Source of the DNA: Holothuria leucospilota
Taxonomy: Eukaryota
NCBI GenBank assembly: GCA_029531755.1
Contig: CM055964.1
Coordinates: forward strand, 36,098,802 to 36,162,801
DNA length: 64,000 nucleotides
Reading direction: 5' to 3'
Below are positions 36,944 through 49,901 of this stretch, one piece after another. Each line of letters begins with the position of its first letter. Position 1 is the stretch's first letter. The position numbers were made by a program, and so were the translations under genes. The notes under the pieces were generated by a model. The model saw only the letters and a program-made list of their open reading frames with translations, made no database searches and was not told the DNA's origin.

Positions 36944-38760
36944 TTGGTGTTGTCTTGTGTGTGTCATGCGGTAGCAGCGGTACAGTCAGTTGGTGAGCGA
37001 CTTACGGAGCAAAGTTTGGCTATTTCATCGTGTAGTCCAGGTGGTTTCGATACAATACATGTTACACCCGATATGGTCTACAGACCTTACAACTTTTTTT
37101 CCTTTTCAACATATGTTTTATACGGAAGCGTATTGTTGTCACGTAGAAAAAAAAAAAAAACTTTTCGTACGTACGATCGAAAATCTTTTCGTACGTACGA
37201 AAAAACTTTTGGAACGTTCGAAAATCTTTTCGTACGTACGAAAAAACTTTTGAAACGTTCGAAAATCTTTTCGTACGTACGAAAAAACTTTTGGAACGTT
37301 CGAAAATCTTTTCGTACGTTCGAAAATCTTTTCGTACGTACGAAAAAACTTTTGGAACGTTCGAAAATCTTTTCGTACGTTCGAAAATCTTTTCGTACGT
37401 ACGAAAAAACTTTTGGAACGTTCGAAAATCTTTTCGTACGTACGAAAAAACTTTTGGAACGTTCGAAAATCTTTTCGTACGTACGAAAAAACTTTTGGAA
37501 CGTTCGAAAATCTTTTTGTACGTACGAAAATCTTTTCGTACGTACGAAAAGATTTTGGAACGTTCGAAAATCTTTTCGTACGTTCGAAAAAATTTTTGAA
37601 ACGTTCGAAAATTTTCGAACGTACGAAAAGATTTTCGAACGTACGAAAAGATTTTCGAACGTACGAAAAGATTTTCGAACGTTCCAAAAGTTTTTTCGAA
37701 CGTACGAAAAGATTTTCGAACGTTCCAAAAGTTTTTTCGTACGTTCCAAAAGTTTTTTCGTACGTACGAAAAGATTTTCGAACGTACGAAAAGATTTTCG
37801 AACGTTCCAAAAGTTTTTTCGTACGTACGAAAAGATTTTCGAACGTTCCAAAAGTTTTTTCGTACGTACGAAAAGATTTTCGAACGTTCCAAAAGTTTTT
37901 TCGTACGTACGAAAAGATTTTCGAACGTTCCAAAAGTTTTTTCGAACGTACGAAAAGATTTTCGAACGTTCCAAAAGTTTTTTCGTACGTACGAAAAGAT
38001 TTTCGAACGTACGAAAAGATTTTCCAACGTTCCAAAAGTTTTTTCGTACGTACGAAGAGATTTTCGAACGTTCCAAAAGTTTTTTCGTACGTACGAAAAG
38101 ATTTTCGAACGTACGAAAAGTTTTTTTTTTTTTTTTTTACGTGACAACAATACGCTTCCGTAGTTTTATGTGTAAGCCTACCAAATATTTTCGCCCGCTT
38201 CGCGCACTGTTCAACTTCACGATCCAGATTCAAAGAGCACTATCAGTGCGCAACTCGGATCTTGAAGTATTAAGCAATATAATGCAACTATGCCTGCAAT
38301 GGCATGGGATAATGAGGCTCCTCCATTTGCCCTTCTCATCATCCCTTCGAAATAGGGAATGTCGGAACGTGGGCCAGCTGACATGGCTGTCGTAAGGTTA
38401 ATTTCTGGGATAAAGACCAAAATTTTCGGTAGGCTTTGTCCACTCTTCCTAAGTTCCGTTATACATATAGATAAATAATACAAACCCTTTCCACCTTTTC
38501 AAGTTAATAAGTAGAATACATGGATTTATGTAAATGTCGGGAACTGAATCGCATTTCGCTAAACCTGGTTAAAGTTCACTCGTGTCTGTCGTATGGTACG
38601 GCTAGTGACTCGAGGAGGGAAGTACAATAAAGTTACGCTCGATAGGGCCCAACTGCCCAATTGTTCTATTTAAGCTTTAAATTGGTACAAATTCTTATAA
38701 GTGTAGGCTGACCCCAAAATTTTCGCGCGCTTCGCGCGCTTTGCAAATTCCCCGTTTAGA
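36944..38760 (+). repeat. Copy of a dispersed host repeat of about 0.8 kb, interrupted at 37113-38162 by the Foldback-like element. An uninterrupted paralogue lies on the minus strand at about 57060-57880
   Basis: 36944-37112 matches the reverse complement of 57760-57880. 38165-38310 matches the reverse complement of 57570-57720. 38400-38760 matches the reverse complement of 57060-57420. Confidence 0.6.
37113..38162. mobile_element. Foldback-like transposon, 1050 bp. It has perfect 24-26-bp TIRs (TACGGAAGCGTATTGTTGTCACGTAG), internal A-run and T-run, and two mutually inverted arrays of about 41-bp tandem units. It is flanked by a direct GTTTTA (37107-37112 and 38163-38168)
   Basis: 37113-37138 is the reverse complement of 38139-38162. 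A14 lies at 37139-37152 and the T-run at 38121-38138. The left arm unit is cttttcgtacgtacgaaaaaacttttggaacgttcgaaaat and the right arm is its reverse complement. The symmetry centre is near 37610. In the 57.7-kb paralogue the site reads acatatattttttgtgtaaaacc, which is uninterrupted. Confidence 0.8.
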
Positions 38761-39555
38761 TTCCAGGTTTTGATTCCAGTTTTTGCATGTTTCTTAGTTT
38801 ATCCTTTCTTTGTCAATATGCGGTAAATTGTATAATCGCTGACGTTTATGGGAACCAAAATTAAAAAAAGAAAACGAATGTGCCCTTTTTATGTTGGACC
38901 CCACCTCAGAAAAGACCCTGGATCCGCCCCTGCCCACCCCGCGGTTTCGATGCTCTGGAAAGAACTGGGCTTCGTGGTCATGAGAGTGCGCTTTCAATTG
39001 GGTGACTGTCGTTGTTGACAAAAATCTTGAATGAATGGAAGGCAGAATTGTAAAAATGTTCTTCATTCTGTTCCAGACATTGAAAGAATAATCGCTGTAA
39101 TGCATGATTGAACAGAGATAAGGTTTTGTCATGTCTTTTCCGACGACTTCAATACCAGGTGTAGAGTCATCTTTAGGGAGAGATTTTAAGTTTGAAACAT
39201 ACATTAGTTATCTACCCAGTTAAGCTCCTTCGAGCCCTAAACAGTTCTTCCATCAGAGTAGGACAATTCTTGCAGGAATTTTTATAATAAGAGGCCGACA
39301 TTGGGAAGAAAAAAGGGATGAAGGTCGAACAGGTACTTTTTATTTCCTTGGCAGCCATTTTATTCTCAGACGGCTTTTACGGACAGGTAGATGCGGAGGA
39401 GAAAATTGCGAGACGGCGTTTCAGAGTAAGAGGTAAGATTATAGGATGTCCATTTTGAATATATAAGCAGATAAGCTACGTTTATTTCAATCTTTCAGGT
39501 ATGTTTATAGCTATCCTTCTTTCTCATATACTTTCTGTTCTGGCATCTGCTGAAT

Positions 39556-39972
39556 CAGGGGTGGCGCCAGGTGGGGGCAGGGGAATTTCCCCCATCGAGA
39601 AAGGCTGGAACCCCTCTCTCTCGTCAGCTGGTCAGGTAAATATTCCAATTTCTTCTTAGACATTTAAGGTATGATAAAGTATTACTAGTTGCCGCGACGG
39701 TTTACTTGAGTTGGTTCTCATGGAGGGCAGATTACATCCTTGCATTTTCAAATTTGCGTCAATGTTATCCCCCAATTGCTATTTTTTTCAATAAATTTCC
39801 AGGATTTTCTGGTGCTCTTCGTGCTCCTTAATTTTGCTTTCGGCGTCCTTTCGGCAACCCGTGATGTTTACTGGGGCTTTGGAATGCTTCTCCCTCCCCA
39901 TCGAGGAGCTTGGCCCCGGTCGGACAAATCCTTGCTCCAACGCGGCTACCTCGGCCCTGAGCTCCACCACGT
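39556..39972 (+). mobile_element. hAT-like MITE copy of the CAGGGGTGGCGCCAGGTGGGG family; diverged 3' end
   Basis: It starts caggggtggcgccaggtgggggcagggg at 39556. The interior has the family motifs cgacggtttac and ccccatcgaggagcttggcccc. Confidence 0.5.
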
Positions 39973-40542
39973 GGGGAGGGTCTGTTTAAAGTACACTTGT
40001 AAATGTCGTTAAATTGTAAACACTCACATATCAGAATTTTGTAAATAAATAATCAGTCGTAGATCCAAAAATTTTCAAGGGGGGGGGGGGGGAAGATGGC
40101 GAAGCATTCAAATCCCCTGAGATTACAGGAAATCGTAAAATTAAAGACAATTTATTTGTCATTGCAGTTGCACACTTACAGTGTGTGTCCCTTCCCTAGT
40201 TCGACAATAATTCCCTGCCTTCACATCCACCGATCTGTGGATTAGCACACTGTAAAAAATGTCTACAGACTGATGTAGAATTACTGAACAAAAATGAAGA
40301 AATACAAACAGGAAACGGAAAAAGTGCTGTCAATTTTTTAAACAAATTGACAGTACTTTTTACACATTTTTATGTATTTCTTTATTTTTTGTTTCTGTAA
40401 ATCTTCAGAATTTTTACAGTGCATTATGCTAAACTAGCAAGCTGCTCTTCGAACAATAAAGCCCTCATTCTGGCTTTCAACCTCCTTTCGGAATGAAACG
40501 TTAAAGAGATTTTAAGAAATTGGCTTATCTTATCACTTAGAA

Positions 40543-41448
40543 CAGGGGTGGGGAACCTCCGACCCGCGGGCCGTATGCCGCCCGCGAGAGCAATTCATCC
40601 GGCCCGCGAGGCAATTTATAATTGTAAATACAGAATCAATTGAAAAGTAATTGACAATATTTTTTAGCCCACGGTACCTACCGTTTATCCTGCTAACGCC
40701 TATACCGTACCAGTTTCCGGATATTTCACGTAAATCTGCCGCGAAACACCACCAGCTGGCCTGTAATACTAAAACCCCTGCGCAATGTAACAAGCCGACA
40801 GTTTCGTTTAAATAATTGAGGCGCAGAACCCTTGCAGCCTACTTCTAGAGGTAACGAAAGCTTTGCATAGCAGATAGGCTACATAACATTGTACATGAAG
40901 GCTTATACTATCACATATGTAGGTCTATCTATTAGAGTACGAAACTCAGTGGACATTGTACCTATTCCGGTAGATTTGGGAAGGGTGTGGGAGGTAGAAC
41001 TTCTCTCCGAAGAGTGAATTAAACTTTAGAAAGTGGGCAATTTTGCAAAGAAAATTAGAAGAGCATAAACTTGGTTTAAAAGTACGCAATTTTTTTCGGC
41101 GCGCTTCGCGCGCACTTTTCATATGTGCTCACATTCATTATTAGTTCATACATAAATAAAAAGACAAATGGTAATGTTGTGATACTTCTGGTCTTTGCAC
41201 CCTTGCACATTCTATCTCATTTAAAGATAGTGGATGAATATTCTATTGCCTACAAATTAGTATAAACTGATTCCAGGGTTTCCTGGGGCTTCTTGCCTAG
41301 ACTCTGCCCCTAGACCCCATCAGGTCATGTTTGTTGACCCTTTGCTTGAGCCTATAGAAAAAGTTTATTGTAACCTCTCTGTGTGCGGTCCGGGAGTGGA
41401 TAATGACCTCAAAACGGCCCGTCAGAGAGAAAAAGTTCCCCACCCCTG
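40543..41448 (+). mobile_element. 906-bp hAT-like non-autonomous transposon with TIR CAGGGGTGGGGAAC... (about 70 bp, imperfect) and a perfect 8-bp TSD ACTTAGAA
   Basis: ACTTAGAA lies at 40535-40542 and again at 41449-41456. The left terminus is caggggtggggaacctccgacccgcgggccg. The right terminus, reverse-complemented, is caggggtggggaactttttctctctgacgggccg. A terminal fragment of a third copy lies at 60135-60172. Confidence 0.8.
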
Positions 41449-43766
41449 ACTTAGAAGAAAAAATTCCACAATACCCACATGACGCACGGGACTGTTTTTC
41501 AGAGAGGGCGGTAATATTTGCCCGACTCCAGACCTAATATAACTGTCCAATTTTTCGCCCGACTGAGACAAAATATCTGCCATATTTAGTCAGGTTTCTG
41601 ACATCTGGGGAGGCCGCCCCCAGCACCCCCGGCCCGTACGACCATACCTACCCCATCATTAATTATACATCATGGGCAAGTTTTAGGAATATTTTATTAT
41701 TCCTCTAGGTTCTCTTCAGATTTCTCTTTTTCACCATTCATTTCCCCTTTTCATTGTTTTTTCTGACAAGGACAAGGAACGGGTTCCCTAGGCCTCCCCT
41801 CAGTCCGCGCCTGTACAATACTCTATAAAACATTCTCTTTTTTTTGTGATAAAACACCCTAGTAGATGGAATGTTAATAGGTTCCCATTATGATCTTCCT
41901 ACGGTCTGTCGTGTTGAATTTGCTTTCCTTTTCAAATGATTCATTTTTTTCAAAAAGTATTTTTTCAAAGCACGTAAAAACAAGCATGTGCTCCAATACT
42001 TTTTGATGAAGCCTTGAAAATTGCGGAGCACTTGTTCCTCAGAATTGTCCCCGTGCCCCACGGAGGCGAAAGGTTTTTGCCCTGGAAATTTCCCTAACTG
42101 GCACACAGTCATGACATAAAGTTTGCAAACCGACATTTTTGCCTTAAAATCAACATTTTTTGCTCAGGTGGGCTGCAACCCTACAGACTCCTGTCTCATA
42201 CTACTATGGTGCTTCCCTTGCAAGATGTTTTATGCAATCATGGGTGACGCTAAAGAGGGGCAGAGGGGGCTACATCCTCTTCCCTAGGGGAAAATGAGAA
42301 TTATACAGAAAGCCAAAGTATAACATCTTTTATTACATCTTTTTTTATAACTGTTGATGCATTGTGGGATTCTTTTTTTTAATTTCGTCGGAGAGCCAAG
42401 TTGAAACAAACGGTAAAGAGTAATCCCAATTAGCAACGATCACACTCCCCGTTGGGTCAACTTTTTATTCTTAATAATAGTAGATTCTTCTAAAAGATAC
42501 CAAGACTTTTCTACACACTTCCCGCCATGAAAAGTTTCGTTGTCTTTGTTTCATGTTGTGGTTGTATATGATTACACAAAAGTGGCAAAACCAGACATAG
42601 ACCTACGTAGCTCCCACACTGAGTTTTCTGAAAAAGCCGGGTATTCCTTCCTCAACCGCATACCCTTAGCTGTACGCTTGTATTCGTCGATCGGTAGCCT
42701 GCATAGGGGCATGAAGCGGAAAAGCCTGAGTGCAGTCCCACACCCTAGCCAAACAATGGGGACAGACTTCATGTAATGGTTGTTTACCATTTAGAGAAAG
42801 TGTCAGAGCAAACACGTTCACCTTCCGTGCCCTTGTGAAATGTCTTTCTGTACCCCAAAGCTTATTTGTAGGACAGACGAATGCATATCATGCATGTTAC
42901 ACCCTTTAGAGGCCAGCCTACCTAATGTGGCTCTCATAATTCTTCTATGCACCTTGCACGAATTTGAGCGCGCTTTTGAAGCTCTTGTTTTCCGATAAAT
43001 ATCAGCTCTAAACTGGACCGGTACATCAAGTTCGTATATTGTGCAAAATGTGCTATGACACCATACAGATAAAAGGTCATGGTTAGTCAGATGTTGCATG
43101 GTGACGGACCTACCATTCTGGGGACCATTGGTGCTAAAAAGTTTACAAAGCCCTGCCCAGTCAAGGAAGCCATCCCTGTTCGGGGAAATCTGATAGATAT
43201 TTCTCAGCTCGAAACATTGTTTTGAAAATTAAAACACATGCATACGCTCACTTTCTAACGATTCATATTTTATATAAGAAATGTACCTACTGACAAGCGA
43301 ACCTGTAAACTTGGTATAAAATTACATTGTCTATACCTAGTTAAATTTTGGGAGATGCATCTCCGTCACCAACCCCCAACCCCCCTCGTAATGTCAATGG
43401 CTTCGGCGTTGAGCTTAAAGGCAGTAGGCAGTCACCCCAAACAGAGTGAGTGTATCCTGTCACTCTAGTTCATGAATGGCCTATTTTGATCATGTGACAC
43501 TATTTTTGTTAGTGAATTGTGGAATTCAAGGAGAATTTCGCCTTGCTTTACCTATTGTTTGTAATAGTTATGTTCAAAACGTCTTCAGAGGTGCTTGTAA
43601 TGCAATAAAAGAAGATTTGCAAGAGTTTGCTGATTTTTCAAAGAAAATTTTGGGGCGATTGAGTAAACTGTTTTTCTGGCTAGAAAACATATTTAAAACA
43701 CTTTGTATTAATTTCTGTTTTACACTTCTTTCGTTAAAAGAAATCTCGAGCTATGACACCGTTTGA

Positions 43767-43810
43767 TCATAGTAGGGAGTTGCTACTAGTGGCAACTCCC
43801 TGATCATAGC
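43767..43810. repeat. 28-bp near-perfect palindrome (agggagttgctactagtggcaactccct) bracketed by a direct tgatcatag repeat
   Basis: Direct reading. The stem is related to the cagggagctgt hairpins at 36782-36898. Confidence 0.45.
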
Positions 43811-46800
43811 GTTACGTTTCACGCAGAATACAATGCGGAGCAGGATCAGTTTTCTTATGTATTTTCGACTTCACAAGGTATCTTAATGATTTAGGCCGAC
43901 TGACCGTGTAGCCTGCTATGAAGGCAAAGTGCGGAGAGGCCGAGGAAGTCGTTACGGAACTCCGTGCTATAAGAGGTATCCACTTTCATTTCTGCTCTTT
44001 CCTGTTTTTGAGAGAGATATCAACAAAACGGAAGTTGTAAGATTAAACCCTTATATGGATTAACCAGCCAAAAATATCAAATCGTATTCAGGTTCTTTTT
44101 AGTCTCCTTTGTAGTAATCTTTTCTTTGAGCATATTGAAGTAGTTCACCGTTGATCCTCATTCATTCTTTGTCTGTCTGTCATGGGAAGTTCAAGGTATG
44201 CCGTGCGCAATTACTGTAAATGTAGACTGCACCTAAAAACCCATTGGCTGTGAGACAGGGGCGGCAAGGGCTACATCCCCCGCCGGGGAGGTGTAGCTGT
44301 CTGTCGGTGAAATGTGAATCCGTCGGAGAGCCAAAACTACTATATTGTTTATTATCTTTATTATCATTGTAGGATACCGTAACTATTAATCATTTTGAAG
44401 ATATAGCCTTTAGGTCGTGTGACATGAAAATAACATAGTTAGATATTTGATGTGAAAAGCATTAAAAATCCAGAAAATAGCCACAATTCCCATTAAAATC
44501 CGTCAAACATTGACCATTTTACAGGGAAATTTCTATTTTACCTTTGTATCATGAATAAACATGAGCTACATATGCAAATATGTGACATCCAAAGAGGGAC
44601 ATACCATATATAGGACATACTAGCCTTTGTTTTTTCAACCTTAATTTCAAGGACACTGGTAGCATTGTGTTTCCCTCAGAGGTTTATTATAAACATTAAA
44701 TTTTATCCTTGAAAAATATTGATATCCTCACCAAACCGTAATCTGTATGATCAGTAATTAAGAGATAATTTATATAGGGTTAACAAAAGAAATCTTAACA
44801 CTGTGCAACACTCCACATCATTATTTTTGCATAGGCAATTAGTTTCTTCAGAAACCATCAAACTTTAAAGACATATATTTTGAGAACGGTAAAAGATATT
44901 GAAATAATTCCAACGGATCTTTGATTGGAGGACTTAATTCTTTAACTGACTAGTGAAACAGCTCCTTTTGGTGGCATGTCACACGACCTTTAAACGCAGT
45001 AATGTAATGACAAATTTGTTCTTAAATGTTACTTCCGGTTCCCGGACAATTTCCAGCCAGGGAAATTTTAAATTTTCTGGTGGGAGAAGTCTTGTAAGTG
45101 GTATAGCCATGGGTGGGAATAGTCCTTGGAAAGTTGTCCGGTTGGGAATTGTCCGGGAGCAAATTTTCCCGGGGGTTGTCCTGGGGGCATTCTCCTGTTT
45201 CGTCAGCAGTGCATTTGGGATGCCAGTCTCTCCCCATTCTGGTGACTCATACATGGTAGTCTATGGAATATTGGAATATACAGTTTTCTGATCTCATTCA
45301 CCACTATGGTGAAGATGAGATCAGCCTTGTCCCCTTCCGGTGTGTCCCTTTGTAAAAACTAAAAGCCATCCCCTGTAAGAAAATAATCCATGGATCCTCC
45401 CTTCTGCCTAATTGATTCTTACGTCAATACGTTACCTTTCTCTTCCACATCAATATTGAAAAGATGAGCATGCTAAAACTTGGAAATATTGTGTTTTGCA
45501 AATGCATTTATGAGCATAGCAAATGTGGAGCAAGTGTAGGAGTATGAGGCAGTGAGCTGGAGGACACGGGGGAGGACTGTGTCCTCCAATTTTTTGGACT
45601 CTCAACAAGATTAAGGAAAACTCTGCAGGAATATTTGGACAAATTTCTCAAACAACGCCCAGAGATTCGGGCAAAATATTGTGCACCCCCTCTAAAAAAT
45701 AAATAAATAGAAAATCCAAGTTGCCCCATACCCTTATGTCTCCTCTAAAGGGTAAAAGGGAGAAAGCAGTCGCCCCAAGTGTATTTTCAAAAATCTGCTA
45801 AATCTTACAGATTTCCTCCTATTTCTCTTACAAGAGCTTTCATAATATAAGTTTAGATTAGGGATTAGTTGTAGCCATTCCGACTCTAGGTGTAGCATCA
45901 AGGAAATTAAATGAAGTGTAAAGATTCATTTCATGTTTGTGAGATCAAAAAGGGAGAGGGTTAGAACGATCATGGTCAATGAGATATCTGTTCATTCATC
46001 TATTTCTAATCCTCCACCCTTTGGAAGCTTGTTGTTGTTTACTTGCCTACTACTTCTCATATGTACTTCTATAGTGACTGACTTTGTTTTTGTTGTATTG
46101 CTAGTTGTCTGATGATGGTCGAGGTCAGACCAAAAATTTAAAATATACTCTGGAAATGGGAAAATGAATTTTCATTCTTTATTTATTTTCCTTGATGTTA
46201 CACATAGAGTCGGAATGGCTACAACTAATCCCAAATCTAGACCTAGGCTATATCAGTATATAAGGACTCTATGCTAGGTCAACCGGATTCTTTGGAATTC
46301 TAACTTAAATATCTTTCATAATGTTTCTGTATAAAAACATGAAATATTGAAGGAAAACCAAGGAGTTATTCTGCAAGAAGTTAAACAAATAAGTTACAAA
46401 AATATTGTTACATGATTGATAGCAGCCATTCCTGAATTAGGATGACGGGATAGACTAATTTAAATCGAGGGGACTGCATTTTCCCTTTGAATTAAATGTA
46501 GTCGTCATATATCTATCATGGCGGTAGTGTGTATTAGTCAAAAAGAGGCGATTCATTGAAGGTGATTGCATGTTTTGTGGATTTCAGAAAGCCTGAGGGT
46601 CTTTCACAGCAAATTCGACGAGAATGTGAATACAAACAAATCTTGTGCATTCACGTCACACTGCTACGTCATTTTAGAGGCAAAACAATGAAGCAAACTG
46701 CACGCACAACGCAGACTTCGCACTCGCGTGTAGTAGACATGCACACGCGTATCCGACTGGTTCACCAATCAGCTGTCTGTATTTGTTGACGTAACTTGCA

Positions 46801-47286
46801 ATGGTGTGCTCTTGATTCCAAACGAGGGGGCACTTTCTGCTCTGTGACGTCATACGCATATTGGGTATTGATAGGTCACATGGTGTACTAGTCACCAGTC
46901 ACGCAGGCTTACTATATTCGGGACTATTAAGGTGAATTTTTAAGCCCCTCCTCCCCATTGGGGAGGAAATTTCCCTTACCGGACAAACACTATAGCGCCA
47001 CATCTGTTGTGGCAGCCATGACAGCAAATACACAATCGGAAACGCAATTGTTGATCTGTGAAAGAGCTTTGCAGAGATACAACAGATGACGTTACGAATA
47101 TGCATGGCTACACGACTACATACACCCAACCTTCAACATGATATTTTGGATGATAATAAGTGTAGAGACTTCTAACCCTGACCTTCATGTCTCTAATCCT
47201 AACCCATAGAGCAGGATATAGGAACTATATCCTGCTTTATGTCCTAACCTAACTTGGAGACATGATATCAGGCATAATATATTATG

Positions 47287-49455
47287 CATGGGCGGCTCTA
47301 AGAAATTTTGTTTGGGGGGGGGGGCAAACTCAAGTTCGTATTCAGGAAGGTTCGGAAGACCCCCAGCAATAATAATGGTCAGCTCTGGATAGTACAATAG
47401 CCTCAATAGGAGTATGCATAGGCGTAGGGTCCCAAGTTGATTTGGGGGGGGGGGGGCTGTAACGATCTGCCCGAAAAATAGAAACAAAAATTTCCGCGCG
47501 CTCCGCGCGCGTTCAAAATGTTAATGTACATATCATATAGGCACGTTATCACACCGCATGTCAATTACATACAATAATTTGTCACGTTACTACCTATTCC
47601 ATATTGGTTATAATTCTGGGGGAAGTCGTTACAATAATGATGATAATAATCAGTGGTGTGGCCAAGACTTCTCTCATGGGGGTGGGGCAGGCACTATGTT
47701 GTGTGATCGCCGACCTAATTTTTTGAAAAATTAGGTGTCCATACATGCAATCTGGTGCCACATATGCTACCTTCGAAGTAAAATTTGTGTTAAAAAATTT
47801 ACCGTACGTATTTTAGGTACTAAAAGGAAAAAATAGGCATCACCCCCTACCCTTTGAAAATTTTTGAAAAATAAGGTTTCCTTACATGCAATCTGGTGCC
47901 ACATATGCTACCTTTGAAGTAAAATTTTGTGCTTTATTTTAGGTACTAAAAAAAATCGGCGTCAGTAACGGGGGAATGGCCTAATGGCTCCTCAAATACA
48001 CCACTGATAATCATAATATATAAGTTGAACCATTAAACAACACACTGGTGAATTAATACCAGATATATAGGTAATGGTGCAATCCAAATCAGAGCTTTAT
48101 TTTAATTACCAAGGAAGTTTTTTAAAGTATCGATTTCCGTTAAGCTACATTATTGCATTATTTTTCTTTCAGTAGGTGCCCGAAAAATTCTCAGAATATT
48201 GCCCGAATTTTCACAAAAATATTTTGTTGGGGGAACTGCAGCCCCCCAGCCCCCGCCTCCTACGCCTATGGGAGTATGGTTATTATTATGTGTTACAGCG
48301 ATGCCCATGTAGTTTTCAAAAGCTCTTCAAGAACCATTTCAGGCAGTTAGTCATGAGCTGACTACTTTAAAAATAAATACAACCATATCAACTGATCGTT
48401 ATCGTACTACCATATGGGTGGAGTAAGAGGCAGGTGAAATGGGCAAAGCGGCTTGATCCATTTGTATAAAATGAGCCCCACCTTTAAATATTTTATTGTT
48501 TCTTTCATTGTGTCACAATATGTTTCAGCTTTGCCAAGAAGCCATAAAATGTTGGTTTTCTGGATTTTTGTTCTTAAACTAACGAAAATTTCGAGCATGA
48601 AGAAACTTGAAAACGATAAATAGATAGCACTAATTATTTTGAATCTCAGTACCGTTCCGAAACGAATGCTTTTAAAGGGGAAGAGGAATTCCCCTAACTC
48701 AGAACGACGTCTCATCCTATATACAAATTAGCTAGGCCACTAGTCAAAAGTCTCATCACACTGAGCTTAGATTGACTGTTTGGTGTGTTACTGTTTATTT
48801 TAAATCAATTGAAACGGTATACTTTAGCACGAAGGTGGAGAACCTTTTGCTTATATCAGGCTACTTGACAGCCATAAGACCGCTCGTGGGCCAACGGCGC
48901 TGTCAATTTGGACAAGGGAAGGGAAACCTCTCCTTCTATGGGAAACACAATACTTTTAGACTATAAGCCCATTACAACTTTTTGTAGACAGATACCTATG
49001 CTAATCTGGCCAGGTGACGCCCGGGCAAAACTGCTTTTAGTCGTGGATGATAATCAACACGGCTAATGGGTTGTGTATCTAATGACCCCGATAGCTCTGA
49101 AATATCTACAAAACTATGGGCATTTAATTCCAGCATTACCGTTACACTCTGTAAATGACATTATGATGGCTAAGCTTATCAGATTACAAATAAGCAACTG
49201 AGAAAACGCGCGCGAAGCGCGCCGAAAAAATGTCGTTTTGAAAGCACTTTATTAATGTTTAACCTTCGCATTGCATTGGAAAGTTATTCACTTCTTTAAT
49301 TTTAAGCCCACTCAAGGAAAAGGGAGGGCCTAACCCATCTCGAAGTACATGTTTTATTTTATTTATTATTTTCATTTTTGAAAATTGAAGACCATGCTTT
49401 GCAAACTTTTTTGGGGGGGCAAGTGCCCCCCGTGCCCCTATGGCGAGCCGCTAAT
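47287..49455 (+). mobile_element. Copy 2 of the 2.16-kb hAT/P-like non-autonomous DNA transposon, with an 8-bp TSD
   Basis: Collinear with 18291-20451. The flanks are ATATTATG (47279-47286) and ATATTATA (49456-49463). It carries the internal tandem duplication ttttgaaaaattaggtgtccatacatgcaatctggtgccacatatgctacc at 47712-47790 and 47850-47940. Confidence 0.7.
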
Positions 49456-49901
49456 GATATTATACATGTCTCAAGACACAAATGTGCACCTTACAAAACA
49501 ATATGTAAGAATTTGGTGCTACATATTCTTGTCAAATCTGATGCACCTATTTCATGATGTAACTACAGTTGGAAACAAACATGCCGTACCTTTCGGGGAC
49601 GTAGCTCCTTTGGGAGAACAGAGCCCCTTCGGGAGAAACGTTTGGTTTCGCCCCTTGGCTCTTTCCCAGAGAGTCGAGGGTTACTTAAGAAAGAGTAGTT
49701 CATATCAGTTCCGATCGATGCAATTTTTGTTCACAAAAGGGATTTTCTCTTATTGTCCAAAAAGTTGGGGACTTGTACTCACATGTCGAGTCTAAGACTT
49801 TGCAACCGGCCTTGATCTTTTAAATGTATATTAGAGAACAGAGGGTGCCATCTTAATTTCCCATCATTGTTGACAGTTAGGCCTACCCTTTTTTCCGACA
49901 G

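Noticed and set aside
37113-38162. Could the regular about 41-bp repeat array be a CRISPR array?
   Set aside because: It has no unique spacers. The units are contiguous, the two halves are mutual reverse complements, and the context is a eukaryotic gene-bearing region with spliceosomal introns. It is a foldback transposon arm structure, not CRISPR
36944-38395. Very long ORFs (483, 362, 329, 364, 243 aa) on both strands with repetitive FRTYEKIFERSK-type sequence
   Set aside because: They are read-through of the stop-free tandem and inverted repeat array of the Foldback-like element. They are present in several frames on both strands, have no start context, and are pure repeat translation
44953-45291. 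112-aa plus-strand ORF overlapping a 91-aa minus-strand ORF
   Set aside because: Both are built on the degenerate GGGAATTGTCCGG low-complexity repeat. This is a repeat artefact
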